In this document: piece after piece, positions 54,952-64,000 of the stretch
Numbering within the stretch: position 1 is the stretch's first letter
Layout: each line of letters opens with the position of its first letter
Virus record (IMG/VR): IMGVR_UViG_3300032307_000646
Coordinates: 9,369-73,368 of that record
Length of the DNA stretch: 64,000 nucleotides
Direction: 5' to 3' (one strand)
DNA from: a virus
The notes under the pieces: model-generated
The model's input: the letters and a program-made list of their open reading frames with translations, nothing else
Database searches by the model: none
What the model was told of the DNA's origin: nothing
Position numbers and translations under genes: made by a program

Positions 54952-55196
54952 TATAAAACTTTTTTATAATTATATTTTTTTGCGATATTAACGTTAAAAT
55001 ATTTACCCTGACTTTCAGCCAAATTAAGTTCAGCGAAAACTTCATGGGATACATCTTCATATTGATAAACCATCCCATTATTAAATGTTATCTCCAACAT
55101 TTTGGTTGTTGTGTTATATTTACCACCCTTAATATTAGAACTCGTGTATTCGGTAATAATCTCATTACCGTTGTATTTTTTACTTGTTACTGACAT
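54951..55196 (-). CDS. KTSC-domain protein
   Basis: SSNI....Y......LEITF.NG.VYQYEDV...AESQGKYF. Confidence 0.88.
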   Translation of the reverse strand: MSVTSKKYNGNEIITEYTSSNIKGGKYNTTTKMLEITFNNGMVYQYEDVSHEVFAELNLAESQGKYFNVNIAKKYNYKKVL

Positions 55197-55422
55197 ATTC
55201 TTCGATATTGACTTTTCTTGTTGAGCTTATTTTAACAAAATTTTTAACTAGGGATAGACTAATAACCTCACTAGTTGTTGCAATATGTGCATCATCACTA
55301 TTTTCATCCGAAATAGCTTTTTTCGTGGTGATAATCAAGCTATCTCCGCTTATTATTTGTCCCGAAGGCTCTTGGAACTCCTTAATGTTCCCGTCTTTGT
55401 AATTAACAATTATCCTTTCCAT
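55180..55422 (-). CDS. hypothetical protein
   Basis: 80-aa ORF downstream of a divergent promoter. Confidence 0.65.
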   Translation of the reverse strand: MERIIVNYKDGNIKEFQEPSGQIISGDSLIITTKKAISDENSDDAHIATTSEVISLSLVKNFVKISSTRKVNIEEYVSNK

Positions 55423-55506
55423 AAATATTTATTTGTAACAAAAATAGGAAAAAATTTTGCTTATGTCAAGATTATACCTATCTTTGCACAAAAGATATAT
55501 ACACGC

Positions 55507-57978
55507 ATGAAAGAAAGAATGACAAACGAATTGAGAAACGCATTTACAAAAGGGCAAGCCGTTGCGTTAAAGTATAATGACTCAATGCTCAGGTTACAAC
55601 ACGTTGTCTTTGGTATATTAACGACCGAAAATATGATATATGAGGTTGTTAAAAACAAAGTAATCGATTTTGACGTGATGGTTGAGGACCTTAATGATAT
55701 TAATAAACGTTTATCAGACTCGTCAAAAGATGGCGATAGTACAATATTACCATTTGAATCTGATTTACAAGAGACGATCAAAGAGTGTATCTCTAGAAAA
55801 AAACAAACCAATTACATAACAGTTGAGTTGTTTTTTACGATCTTCATGGAAAAAGATAACGCAATAACTAAATTGTTTAAAGATTATGGTTTAACAAAAA
55901 CCTTTATCGCTAAAAAAATTAAGCAGTTGTCCACACCACAGGCAAGCACGTTTTCAAATGACGATGAGTTACCAAAAGACAAACCAAAAATCACAAACGA
56001 AAATATTAACCGAAACACGAAAACTCGAACACCAATGTTGGATAACTTCGGTAGAGATTTAACAGCACTATCTTTAGATGGTAAACTCGACCCAGTTATT
56101 GGTAGAGCCGAAGAGGTTGAACGTGTATGCCAAATTCTAACACGTAGAAAAAAGAATAACCCAATATTAATCGGTGACCCAGGTGTTGGTAAAACGGCGA
56201 TAGCAGAAGGTTTAGCTATGAAAATTGCCACTGGTGAGTGCCCTAGACCACTACTTAATAAGCGTGTCGTTACATTAGACATGACATCTCTTGTTGCTGG
56301 CACAAAGTATCGTGGACAATTCGAAGAGCGTATTAAAGCTATCGTTGACGAGGCAAAGGATAATCCAAATGTTATTTTGTTTATCGATGAAATCCATACA
56401 ATTGTTGGTGCTGGTAACTCTTCTGGTTCTTTAGACGCCGCAAACGTATTTAAACCAGCTTTAGCTCGAGGTGAACTACAATGTATTGGGGCAACGACTC
56501 TTGATGAGTATCGCGAACATATCGAAAAAGATGGGGCTCTTGACCGAAGATTTCAAAAAGTTATGGTTAACCCACCTCAACTGGCTGAAACCAAACAGAT
56601 ATTAATGAATATTAAGGAGAGATACGAAGATTTCCATAAAGTTACCTACACTGAAGGGGCTATTGATGAAATCATCTATCTTGCCGACAGGTACATCACT
56701 AATAGAGAGTTCCCTGATAAAGCCATTGATATTATGGATGAGGCTGGTTCTAGAACACAAGTTGCTATTAAGGCACCACAGAAAATAAAGGACCTGGAGA
56801 TCAAACTAAAGGACATAAAAGAACAAAAACAACTTGTTGTTAAGACGCAAAATTTTGAACAGGCCGCAAGTTTGCGTGACCAAGAGAAGAAAATTTTGGT
56901 GGAGTTAGAAAAAGAAACAGCTACATGGAAACTTTCCATTAATGAAAAACGTAATATCGTTACAGAGGATATGATATCAGAAGTTGTTTCAATAATGACT
57001 GGTATCCCTATTAGTCGAGTATCTGAAAGCGAAATTGAAAGGTTGCTTTCGATGGACAAGGATTTAGCTAATTGTGTGATCGGTCAATCGGATGCGATAA
57101 GTAAGGTTGTCTCTTCCATAAAGAGAAATCGAACTGGTATTAGAAAACAATCTAAACCAATCGGTTCATTCTTATTCATTGGACCAACAGGTGTCGGTAA
57201 AACCGAATTGGCGAAAGCTCTATGTGAAAAAGTATTCGGATCTAAGGACTCAATGATTCGAGTTGATATGTCCGAATATTCTGAGAAATTTAATATCAGT
57301 AAATTAATCGGAGCGCCCCCAGGATACATTGGTTACAACGAAGGTGGTCAATTAACTGAGAAAGTTAAAAATAAACCCTACTCACTCATATTATTTGATG
57401 AGATCGAAAAAGCTCACCCAGATGTGTTCAACGTGATGCTTCAATTGTTAGATGAAGGTTTTTTAACAGACGCTAATGGTAGAAAAATAAATTTCAAAAA
57501 TACTATTATAATAATGACCTCTAATATTGGTTTAAAAGAGGTTCAGGATTTTGGTACTAAGATCGGTTTTAACGATTCTGAGGGTGATAATTTAGCCAAC
57601 TCCAAAGGTATTATCGAGAAAAATCTAAAGAAAACGTTTAAACCAGAGTTTATTAATAGGTTAGACGAAATTGTTTATTTTAATTATTTAAATGAAGAAG
57701 ATATCACAAAAATAATTGATTTACAATTAAAAGATTTTGAATTACATTTAAAGAGTATTGGTTTTACCTTTAAAATTGATAAAAAATTAAAAGATTTTCT
57801 TCTTGAGCAGGGTTTTAACAAAATTTACGGGGCCAGAGAGATACAGAGAACAATACAAAAATATGTTGAGGACCCAATCTCAGATGAGATGTTAAAAAAA
57901 CAACTACCAACAAGTGGTAAAATATGTCTAACCTACAACATAAAGACTTCAAAGGTTATTGTTAACATAACCGAATAA
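55507..57978 (+). CDS. clpC: ClpC-like AAA+ chaperone (start revised to MKERMT)
   Basis: GDPGVGKT and GPTGVGKT Walker A motifs; FIDEIH; UVR-like middle domain; IGF loop; TTTG-N19-TATCTTTG promoter upstream. Confidence 0.9.
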   Translation: MKERMTNELRNAFTKGQAVALKYNDSMLRLQHVVFGILTTENMIYEVVKNKVIDFDVMVEDLNDINKRLSDSSKDGDSTILPFESDLQETIKECISRKKQTNYITVELFFTIFMEKDNAITKLFKDYGLTKTFIAKKIKQLSTPQASTFSNDDELPKDKPKITNENINRNTKTRTPMLDNFGRDLTALSLDGKLDPVIGRAEEVERVCQILTRRKKNNPILIGDPGVGKTAIAEGLAMKIATGECPRPLLNKRVVTLDMTSLVAGTKYRGQFEERIKAIVDEAKDNPNVILFIDEIHTIVGAGNSSGSLDAANVFKPALARGELQCIGATTLDEYREHIEKDGALDRRFQKVMVNPPQLAETKQILMNIKERYEDFHKVTYTEGAIDEIIYLADRYITNREFPDKAIDIMDEAGSRTQVAIKAPQKIKDLEIKLKDIKEQKQLVVKTQNFEQAASLRDQEKKILVELEKETATWKLSINEKRNIVTEDMISEVVSIMTGIPISRVSESEIERLLSMDKDLANCVIGQSDAISKVVSSIKRNRTGIRKQSKPIGSFLFIGPTGVGKTELAKALCEKVFGSKDSMIRVDMSEYSEKFNISKLIGAPPGYIGYNEGGQLTEKVKNKPYSLILFDEIEKAHPDVFNVMLQLLDEGFLTDANGRKINFKNTIIIMTSNIGLKEVQDFGTKIGFNDSEGDNLANSKGIIEKNLKKTFKPEFINRLDEIVYFNYLNEEDITKIIDLQLKDFELHLKSIGFTFKIDKKLKDFLLEQGFNKIYGAREIQRTIQKYVEDPISDEMLKKQLPTSGKICLTYNIKTSKVIVNITE

Positions 57979-58061
57979 AAAAACGAAAAAATATTATTGT
58001 TACTGTTGCCTTAACAGTATTTAATACTATTTATATAGGTAGTTTAAACTTACTTATATAA

Positions 58062-61000
58062 ATGGCAACAGTAACAATTTATCTTAGAAATGATCTAGGA
58101 AGGGCTCTCTCCTACGCGGAGCTTGACGCTAACTTCAAGAATATTAAAGACACGATCGAAAATCTCGGTATCGATGATTTAACGGATGTGGTTATATTAA
58201 GTCCCCAAAATGGGGACATACTTGTTTATGACACCACTATAGATCAGTGGGTAAACACACAAAATTTACAAGGATCGTATGTGTTAAACCAGTTAGCTGT
58301 AACTGGAATGACCCAAAACAATTCACCATCTTATTTCGTATCCTACGATGAAACAACAGGTGAGTTTGGTTTTAGTCCAATGCCTTTGGCGGGGACTTCA
58401 GGTTCATCTGGTGTTAGTGCTACGGGTGCTAACTACTATGGTTCATTCAGCGATTCAACAACACAAGTTGTTTCCGCGGCAAACACACCAACTGAGATTA
58501 CTTACAACACAACCGAAATTTCTAATCATATTAGTGTTGTAAACAATTCACAAATAAAATTTGATTATACTGGTGTATATGAGATAGGTTACTCTTTACA
58601 AGTTGAAAAAACGCAAGGTGGTTCTCAGGCGGATGTCCATATTTTTGTTAGAAAAAACGGTACTGATATTGTTAGAACAGACTCTATTTTGGGTTTGGTT
58701 TCAAACTCAGTTAAACAATTACCTTTCGTTTCTTTAATTTTAGATTTAAATGCTAATGATTATCTTGAGATTTTATTTGCCTCTGCTTCAGAGCACGTAC
58801 AAATAACAGCTGTTCCAGCTAGCGCATCACCGTTGGATCACCCAGCTGCGCCATCAATAATCGTTGTTGCCAAACAAATAGGTTTATTATTACAAGGGGA
58901 TTCTGGGCATTCAGGTTCTTCAGGAACTTCTGGATCCGCTGGTACAAGCGGTTCTACTGGTACTGATGGTACTTCAGGTTTAAGTGGTAGTAATGGTTCT
59001 TCAGGTATTTCAGGTTCATCTGGCGAAGACGGATCTTCGGGAACAAGTGGTGAAAGCGGTTCTAATGGTTCTTCAGGTATTTCAGGTTCATCTGGTCAAG
59101 ATGGTTCTTCAGGTGTAAGTGGTTCTTCTGGTTCTGACGGTAGTTCAGGGACAAGTGGTTCTTCAGGTATTGATGGTGCTAGTGGTATCTCAGGTATTTC
59201 AGGAACAAGTGGATCGGATGGTATTTCTGGTACTTCAGGTCAATCAGGTTCAAATGGTTCATCTGGTGTGAGCGGGGAAAGTGGTTCCGATGGTTCATCT
59301 GGTACTTCAGGTATTTCAGGTGAATCTGGTTCAGATGGTTCTTCAGGAACTTCAGGTATAAGTGGATCGGATGGATCTTCTGGTATTTCTGGTGTTTCGG
59401 GTTCTGATGGTAGTTCAGGTATTTCTGGTGTAAGTGGTTCTGACGGATCTTCAGGAACTTCTGGTGTTTCTGGTTCTGACGGTAGCTCAGGGACAAGTGG
59501 TTCTTCAGGTATTGACGGCGCTAATGGTATTTCAGGTATTTCTGGAACAAGTGGATCGGATGGTTCATCTGGTCAATCTGGTCAATCTGGATCAGATGGT
59601 TCTTCAGGTACTTCAGGTCAATCAGGTTCTGACGGTAGTTCAGGTATAAGTGGTATAAGTGGATCGGATGGCTCATCTGGCCAATCAGGTTCATCAGGTT
59701 CTGACGGTAGTTCAGGTATAAGTGGATCTTCTGGATCAGATGGTGTTTCTGGTCAATCTGGTTCTTCAGGATCAAATGGTTCTAGTGGCCAATCTGGCGC
59801 TAGTGGGTCTGACGGTTCTTCAGGTACTTCAGGTCAATCAGGTTCTGACGGTAGTTCAGGTATAAGTGGTATTTCTGGATCAGATGGTTCTTCTGGGACT
59901 TCTGGTGAGTCTGGGGCTAGTGGATCTGATGGATCTTCTGGTACTTCAGGTCAATCAGGTTCTAACGGTTCATCTGGTATAAGCGGTGAAAGTGGTAGTG
60001 ATGGATCTTCTGGTTTATCTGGTTCTTCTGGATCAAATGGGTCAAGTGGTGAATCTGGATCTAGCGGTTCAAATGGTTTGTCTGGTGCTTCTGGTTCTTC
60101 TGGATCAGACGGTTCTTCAGGTTTAAGTGGTGAGTCAGGTACGTCTGGATCATCTGGTAGTTCAGGAGAGTCTGGATCGGATGGCTCTTCAGGTGTAAGT
60201 GGTGTAAGTGGTTCTGATGGTTCTTCAGGATCGAGCGGTTTGGACGGGGTTAACGGGGTTAGCGGTGTTTCTGGTTCTTCAGGTACATCGGGTTTCTCTG
60301 GTGTTGATGGTACCGCTGGTACAAGTGGTAATAGTGGATCAGATGGATCTTCAGGAACAAGTGGTTTAAGCGGTTCTGATGGTTCTTCTGGTTTATCTGG
60401 TTCTTCTGGTAGTAATGGATCTTCTGGTTTATCTGGTTCTTCAGGTTCTGATGGATCTTCAGGTACAAGCGGTTTAAGTGGTTCAGCTGGATCATCAGGT
60501 GTAAGTGGTTCTTCAGGTTCTGACGGTTCTTCTGGTTTATCTGGTTCATCAGGCTCAGACGGTTCTTCGGGATCAAGTGGGTTAAGTGGTTCTGATGGAT
60601 CTTCAGGGACTTCTGGTGTTTCTGGTTCTGATGGATCTTCAGGAACTTCAGGATCTTCAGGTATTGACGGTGCTAGTGGTGTCTCAGGTATTTCTGGTAC
60701 TTCTGGTAGTGATGGTAGTAATGGTATTAGCGGTGAGTCTGGTTCTAACGGTTCTTCTGGTATTTCAGGTATTTCAGGTATTTCAGGTAGTGATGGTTCT
60801 TCAGGAACAAGTGGCGAGTCTGGCTCAAACGGTTCTTCTGGTATAAGTGGGTCAAATGGCTCTAGTGGTATTTCTGGTTCATCAGGTAGTGATGGATCTT
60901 CAGGAACAAGTGGTGAAAGCGGATTCTCTGGTTCATCAGCATCTTCTGGTTCTTCTGGATCGGATGGTTCTTCAGGAACTTCAGGTGTTTCAGGTAGCGA

Positions 61001-64000
61001 TGGTTCTTCTGGTTTATCTGGTTCTTCAGGGTCAAGTGGTTCTGATGGTTCTTCAGGTATTTCAGGCGAGTCTGGATCTTCAGCATCATCTGGTTCATCA
61101 GGTAGTGATGGATCTTCAGGTTCTTCTGGCTTAAGTGGTGAATCTGGTTCTTCAGGATCTTCAGGGTCAAGCGGTTCTGATGGTTCTTCAGGAACATCTG
61201 GATTTAGCCGCGAATCGGCAACGTCTGGTTCTTCAGGTTCTTCAGGATCCGATGGTTCTTCTGGTGTAAGTGGTTTATCTGGTTCATCAGGTAGTGATGG
61301 ATCATCTGGTTCAAATGGTTTAGATGGTGTTAATGGTGTTAGTGGTGTATCAGGTAGTGATGGCACTTCAGGTTTCTCTGGTGTTGACGGTACTGCTGGT
61401 ACAAGTGGATTGAGTGGTTCTGATGGTTCTTCAGGAACTTCAGGTGTTTCTGGTAGCGATGGTTCAAACGGTAGTTCAGGTTTATCAGGTTCTTCTGGTA
61501 GCAATGGATCTTCTGGTGTTTCAGGGTCATCAGGTAGCGATGGTTCTTCTGGTTTATCTGGTTCTTCTGGGTCAGACGGTTCTTCTGGAACATCAGGTAT
61601 AAGCGGCGAAAGCGGTTCTTCGGCTAGTTCTGGTTCTTCAGGTTCCGATGGTTCTTCAGGAACATCGGGTGTTTCTGGTAGTAATGGATCAAACGGTAGT
61701 TCAGGTATCTCTGGATCATCTGGATCTGACGGCTCTTCGGGTGAATCTGGTTCTTCAGGTACATCTGGTATTTCAGGTGAGTCTGGTAGTTCAGCGTCTT
61801 CTGGTTCATCAGGTAGTGATGGATCATCTGGTATAAGTGGTTTATCTGGTTCATCTGGAAGTGATGGGTCTTCAGGAACAAGCGGTGAATCTGGCTCAAA
61901 CGGTAGTTCAGGTTTATCTGGATCTTCAGGTTCTGACGGTTCTTCAGGAACTTCTGGTATTAGTGGATCTTCAGCTTCTTCAGGTACAAGCGCTGAAAGT
62001 GGTTCAACGGGATCAAACGGCTCTTCAGGTGAATCTGGTTCATCAGGTAGCGATGGTTCTTCAGGAACAAGTGGTATAAGTGGTATTTCTGGGTCATCAG
62101 CATCTTCAGGTTCATCTGGATCTAACGGTTCTTCAGGAACTTCTGGTATAAGTGGTTCTGCTGGTTCTTCAGCATCTTCAGGGTCTTCGGGTTCCGATGG
62201 CTCTAGCGGTATTTCTGGTCAATCTGGCTCTTCAGGTTCTGACGGTTCTTCGGGATCAAGCGGTTTGGATGGTGTTAATGGTGTGTCTGGGGTTTCGGGT
62301 TCTGACGGTACATCAGGTTTCTCTGGCGTTGACGGTACTGCTGGTACGAGCGGTTTAAGTGGGTCTTCAGGTTCATCTGGTTCTGACGGTTCTTCTGGAT
62401 CATCAGGTATCTCAGGTGAGTCTGGCAGTTCAGCATCTTCTGGTTCATCAGGTAGTGATGGATCTTCAGGTATAAGTGGTTCTGCTGGTTCTTCAGCGAG
62501 TTCAGGATCTTCGGGTTCTGATGGTTCTTCAGGAACAAGTGGATTTAGTGGTTCTTCAGCGACTTCTGGTACTTCTGGTTCTTCAGCAAGTTCTGGATCG
62601 GATGGTAGTTCAGGAACAAGTGGTATTTCAGGCGAATCTGGTTCTTCAGCATCTTCAGGTTCATCTGGATCTGACGGTTCTTCGGGATTGAGTGGTTTAA
62701 GTGGTTCTTCAGCATCTTCAGGTTCATCTGGATCTGACGGTTCTTCAGGAACTTCTGGTATAAGTGGTTCTTCAGGTTCTTCAGCGTCTTCAGGATTGAG
62801 TGGTTCTTCAGGATCGGATGGAAGTTCAGGATTGAGTGGTTCTTCAGGTTCTGACGGTTCTTCAGGAACTTCAGGATCTTCAGGTATTGATGGTGCTAGT
62901 GGTGTCTCAGGTATTTCTGGTACTTCTGGTAGTGATGGTTCAAGCGGCACATCAGGTTTAAGTGGATCAAATGGTTCTTCTGGAACAAGCGGTGAATCTG
63001 GTTCTTCAGCATCTTCTGGTAGTGATGGTTCTTCAGGAACAAGTGGGTTTAGTGGATCCGATGGTTCTTCTGGTTTAAGTGGGTCTTCTGGATCGGATGG
63101 CTCTTCAGGTGTAAGTGGTTCAACTGGCTCCGCTGGCACGTCTGGTGAATCTGGTAGTACGGGTTCTTCAGGAACAAGTGGTGAAAGTGGATCAACTGGA
63201 TCAAATGGTTCTTCTGGTTTATCTGGTTCTTCAGGTTCTGACGGATCTTCAGGAACATCTGGATTTAGTGGTTCTTCAGCAAGTTCAGGTATGAGCGGAT
63301 CTTCAGGTTCTGACGGATCTTCAGGAACATCTGGATTTAGTGGTTCATCCGCGTCTTCAGGATCAAGCGGTTCTGCTGGTAGCGATGGCTCTTCAGGTAC
63401 ATCTGGTGAAAGTGGGTCAACTGGATCAAATGGTTCTTCAGGTTTAAGTGGTTCATCAGGTTCTGACGGATCTTCAGGGACATCAGGATTTAGTGGTTCA
63501 TCAGCATCTTCTGGTTCTTCAGGTATAAGTGGTTCATCAGGTAGCGATGGTTCTTCAGGAACAAGCGGTGAAAGCGGATTCTCTGGTTCTTCAGCAAGTT
63601 CAGGATCTTCAGGTAGCGATGGTTCTTCAGGAACAAGCGGTATCTCTGGATCTTCAGGTAGCGATGGTTCTTCAGGAACAAGCGGTATAAGCGGTTTAAG
63701 CGGTTCTTCAGCAAGTTCAGGTTCTTCTGGTTCTGACGGATCTTCAGGTTTAAGTGGATCAGCTGGTAGTTCAGCATCTTCAGGTACAAGTGGTTCTGAT
63801 GGTTCTTCAGGTATTTCAGGTGAATCTGGTTCTTCAGCATCAAGCGGTTCCGCTGGTTCATCTGGTTCTGACGGTAGTTCGGGTACATCTGGATTTAGCG
63901 GATCAAGCGCATCTTCAGGTTCTTCTGGATCGGATGGTTCTTCAGGTTCATCTGGTATAAGTGGTGAAAGTGGTTCTTCAGGTTCTGACGGTTCTTCAGG
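58062..64000 (+). CDS. giant collagen-like (Gly-X-Y, Ser-rich) fibre protein, more than 1970 aa, truncated by the window end (not in ORF track)
   Basis: MATVTIYLRNDLGRALSYAELDANF...; frame checked at several points and consistent to the end; TATTTAT upstream. Confidence 0.85.
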   Translation, partial: MATVTIYLRNDLGRALSYAELDANFKNIKDTIENLGIDDLTDVVILSPQNGDILVYDTTIDQWVNTQNLQGSYVLNQLAVTGMTQNNSPSYFVSYDETTGEFGFSPMPLAGTSGSSGVSATGANYYGSFSDSTTQVVSAANTPTEITYNTTEISNHISVVNNSQIKFDYTGVYEIGYSLQVEKTQGGSQADVHIFVRKNGTDIVRTDSILGLVSNSVKQLPFVSLILDLNANDYLEILFASASEHVQITAVPASASPLDHPAAPSIIVVAKQIGLLLQGDSGHSGSSGTSGSAGTSGSTGTDGTSGLSGSNGSSGISGSSGEDGSSGTSGESGSNGSSGISGSSGQDGSSGVSGSSGSDGSSGTSGSSGIDGASGISGISGTSGSDGISGTSGQSGSNGSSGVSGESGSDGSSGTSGISGESGSDGSSGTSGISGSDGSSGISGVSGSDGSSGISGVSGSDGSSGTSGVSGSDGSSGTSGSSGIDGANGISGISGTSGSDGSSGQSGQSGSDGSSGTSGQSGSDGSSGISGISGSDGSSGQSGSSGSDGSSGISGSSGSDGVSGQSGSSGSNGSSGQSGASGSDGSSGTSGQSGSDGSSGISGISGSDGSSGTSGESGASGSDGSSGTSGQSGSNGSSGISGESGSDGSSGLSGSSGSNGSSGESGSSGSNGLSGASGSSGSDGSSGLSGESGTSGSSGSSGESGSDGSSGVSGVSGSDGSSGSSGLDGVNGVSGVSGSSGTSGFSGVDGTAGTSGNSGSDGSSGTSGLSGSDGSSGLSGSSGSNGSSGLSGSSGSDGSSGTSGLSGSAGSSGVSGSSGSDGSSGLSGSSGSDGSSGSSGLSGSDGSSGTSGVSGSDGSSGTSGSSGIDGASGVSGISGTSGSDGSNGISGESGSNGSSGISGISGISGSDGSSGTSGESGSNGSSGISGSNGSSGISGSSGSDGSSGTSGESGFSGSSASSGSSGSDGSSGTSGVSGSDGSSGLSGSSGSSGSDGSSGISGESGSSASSGSSGSDGSSGSSGLSGESGSSGSSGSSGSDGSSGTSGFSRESATSGSSGSSGSDGSSGVSGLSGSSGSDGSSGSNGLDGVNGVSGVSGSDGTSGFSGVDGTAGTSGLSGSDGSSGTSGVSGSDGSNGSSGLSGSSGSNGSSGVSGSSGSDGSSGLSGSSGSDGSSGTSGISGESGSSASSGSSGSDGSSGTSGVSGSNGSNGSSGISGSSGSDGSSGESGSSGTSGISGESGSSASSGSSGSDGSSGISGLSGSSGSDGSSGTSGESGSNGSSGLSGSSGSDGSSGTSGISGSSASSGTSAESGSTGSNGSSGESGSSGSDGSSGTSGISGISGSSASSGSSGSNGSSGTSGISGSAGSSASSGSSGSDGSSGISGQSGSSGSDGSSGSSGLDGVNGVSGVSGSDGTSGFSGVDGTAGTSGLSGSSGSSGSDGSSGSSGISGESGSSASSGSSGSDGSSGISGSAGSSASSGSSGSDGSSGTSGFSGSSATSGTSGSSASSGSDGSSGTSGISGESGSSASSGSSGSDGSSGLSGLSGSSASSGSSGSDGSSGTSGISGSSGSSASSGLSGSSGSDGSSGLSGSSGSDGSSGTSGSSGIDGASGVSGISGTSGSDGSSGTSGLSGSNGSSGTSGESGSSASSGSDGSSGTSGFSGSDGSSGLSGSSGSDGSSGVSGSTGSAGTSGESGSTGSSGTSGESGSTGSNGSSGLSGSSGSDGSSGTSGFSGSSASSGMSGSSGSDGSSGTSGFSGSSASSGSSGSAGSDGSSGTSGESGSTGSNGSSGLSGSSGSDGSSGTSGFSGSSASSGSSGISGSSGSDGSSGTSGESGFSGSSASSGSSGSDGSSGTSGISGSSGSDGSSGTSGISGLSGSSASSGSSGSDGSSGLSGSAGSSASSGTSGSDGSSGISGESGSSASSGSAGSSGSDGSSGTSGFSGSSASSGSSGSDGSSGSSGISGESGSSGSDGSS
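58900..64000 (+). repeat. 9-nt-periodic coding repeat, (S/D/N/A/T)-G-(S/T/I/L/V/E/F/Q)
   Basis: TCA/TCT/AGT-GGT/GGA-NNN units; recurring block DGVNGVSG...SGFSGVDGTAGTSG at about 60240, 61320 and 62265. Confidence 0.95.

Larger units (their letters stand above)
20452..58034. promoter_or_regulatory. recurrent TATTTAT motif upstream of non-early genes (putative late promoter)
   Basis: Sense-strand copies at +21684, +24996, +34744, +45616, +48623, +49737, +58028 and -20458, -31653, -32837, -34665, -45580, -53024, -53800, each 4-47 nt before an ATG. Confidence 0.65.

Noticed and set aside
55285-55506. N-terminal extension of ClpC in the ORF track
   Set aside because: It overlaps a divergent gene and promoter; ATG 55507 follows a consensus promoter.
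59179-63960. Pro/Glu-rich and other ORFs in the track (e.g. 59951-61504, 62219-63139)
   Set aside because: Antisense or off-frame shadows of the Gly-Ser repeat gene on the plus strand.
1-64000. Alternative genetic code (stop-codon reassignment as in some Bacteroidota megaphages)
   Set aside because: Long genes are intact in code 11, TAG and TGA end genes right before terminators or promoters, and there is no suppressor tRNA. tRNA-Leu(TAG) has anticodon TAG and reads CTA.

Overview
This is a fragment of a large, AT-rich tailed dsDNA phage (jumbo-phage-like), very probably infecting a Bacteroidota host: its promoters match TTG-N19/20-TAnnTTTG, it lacks Shine-Dalgarno sites, and one protein has a T9SS-type C-terminus. 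Standard code 11 gives intact ORFs. (1) 1-18.2 kb: early/host-takeover region of about 50 short genes, nearly each with its own copy of a host-type promoter, many leaderless, plus intrinsic terminators. (2) 18.2-18.8 kb: non-coding junction with C-runs and A/T tracts. (3) 18.8-31.6 kb: genes preceded by TATTTAT, including acidic proteins sharing an LNEE-RI--MMGL peptide and five paralogous lectin/fibre-like proteins. (4) 31.7-33.7 kb: 14-tRNA array with structured spacers. (5) 34.8-43.2 kb: secreted/outer-membrane module (cohesin/dockerin-like, CsgG-like, C-type lectin, beta-barrels). (6) 43.4-58 kb: lysis enzymes, UvrD-like helicase, dNMP kinase, nucleotidyltransferase, 2OG-Fe(II) oxygenase, KTSC and a ClpC-like ATPase. 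(7) 58 kb-end: a giant Gly-X-Y Ser-rich protein running off the window. Top finding: the tRNA array is preceded by an unannotated 32-codon leader peptide whose first 22 codons cover all 13 amino acids served by the array's tRNAs (plus Asn only). It is followed by alternative antiterminator/terminator hairpins and a boxA-like site, so it looks like a ribosome-coupled attenuator that switches on phage tRNAs when any of those tRNAs is depleted. All family assignments come from motif recognition by eye; no searches were run.
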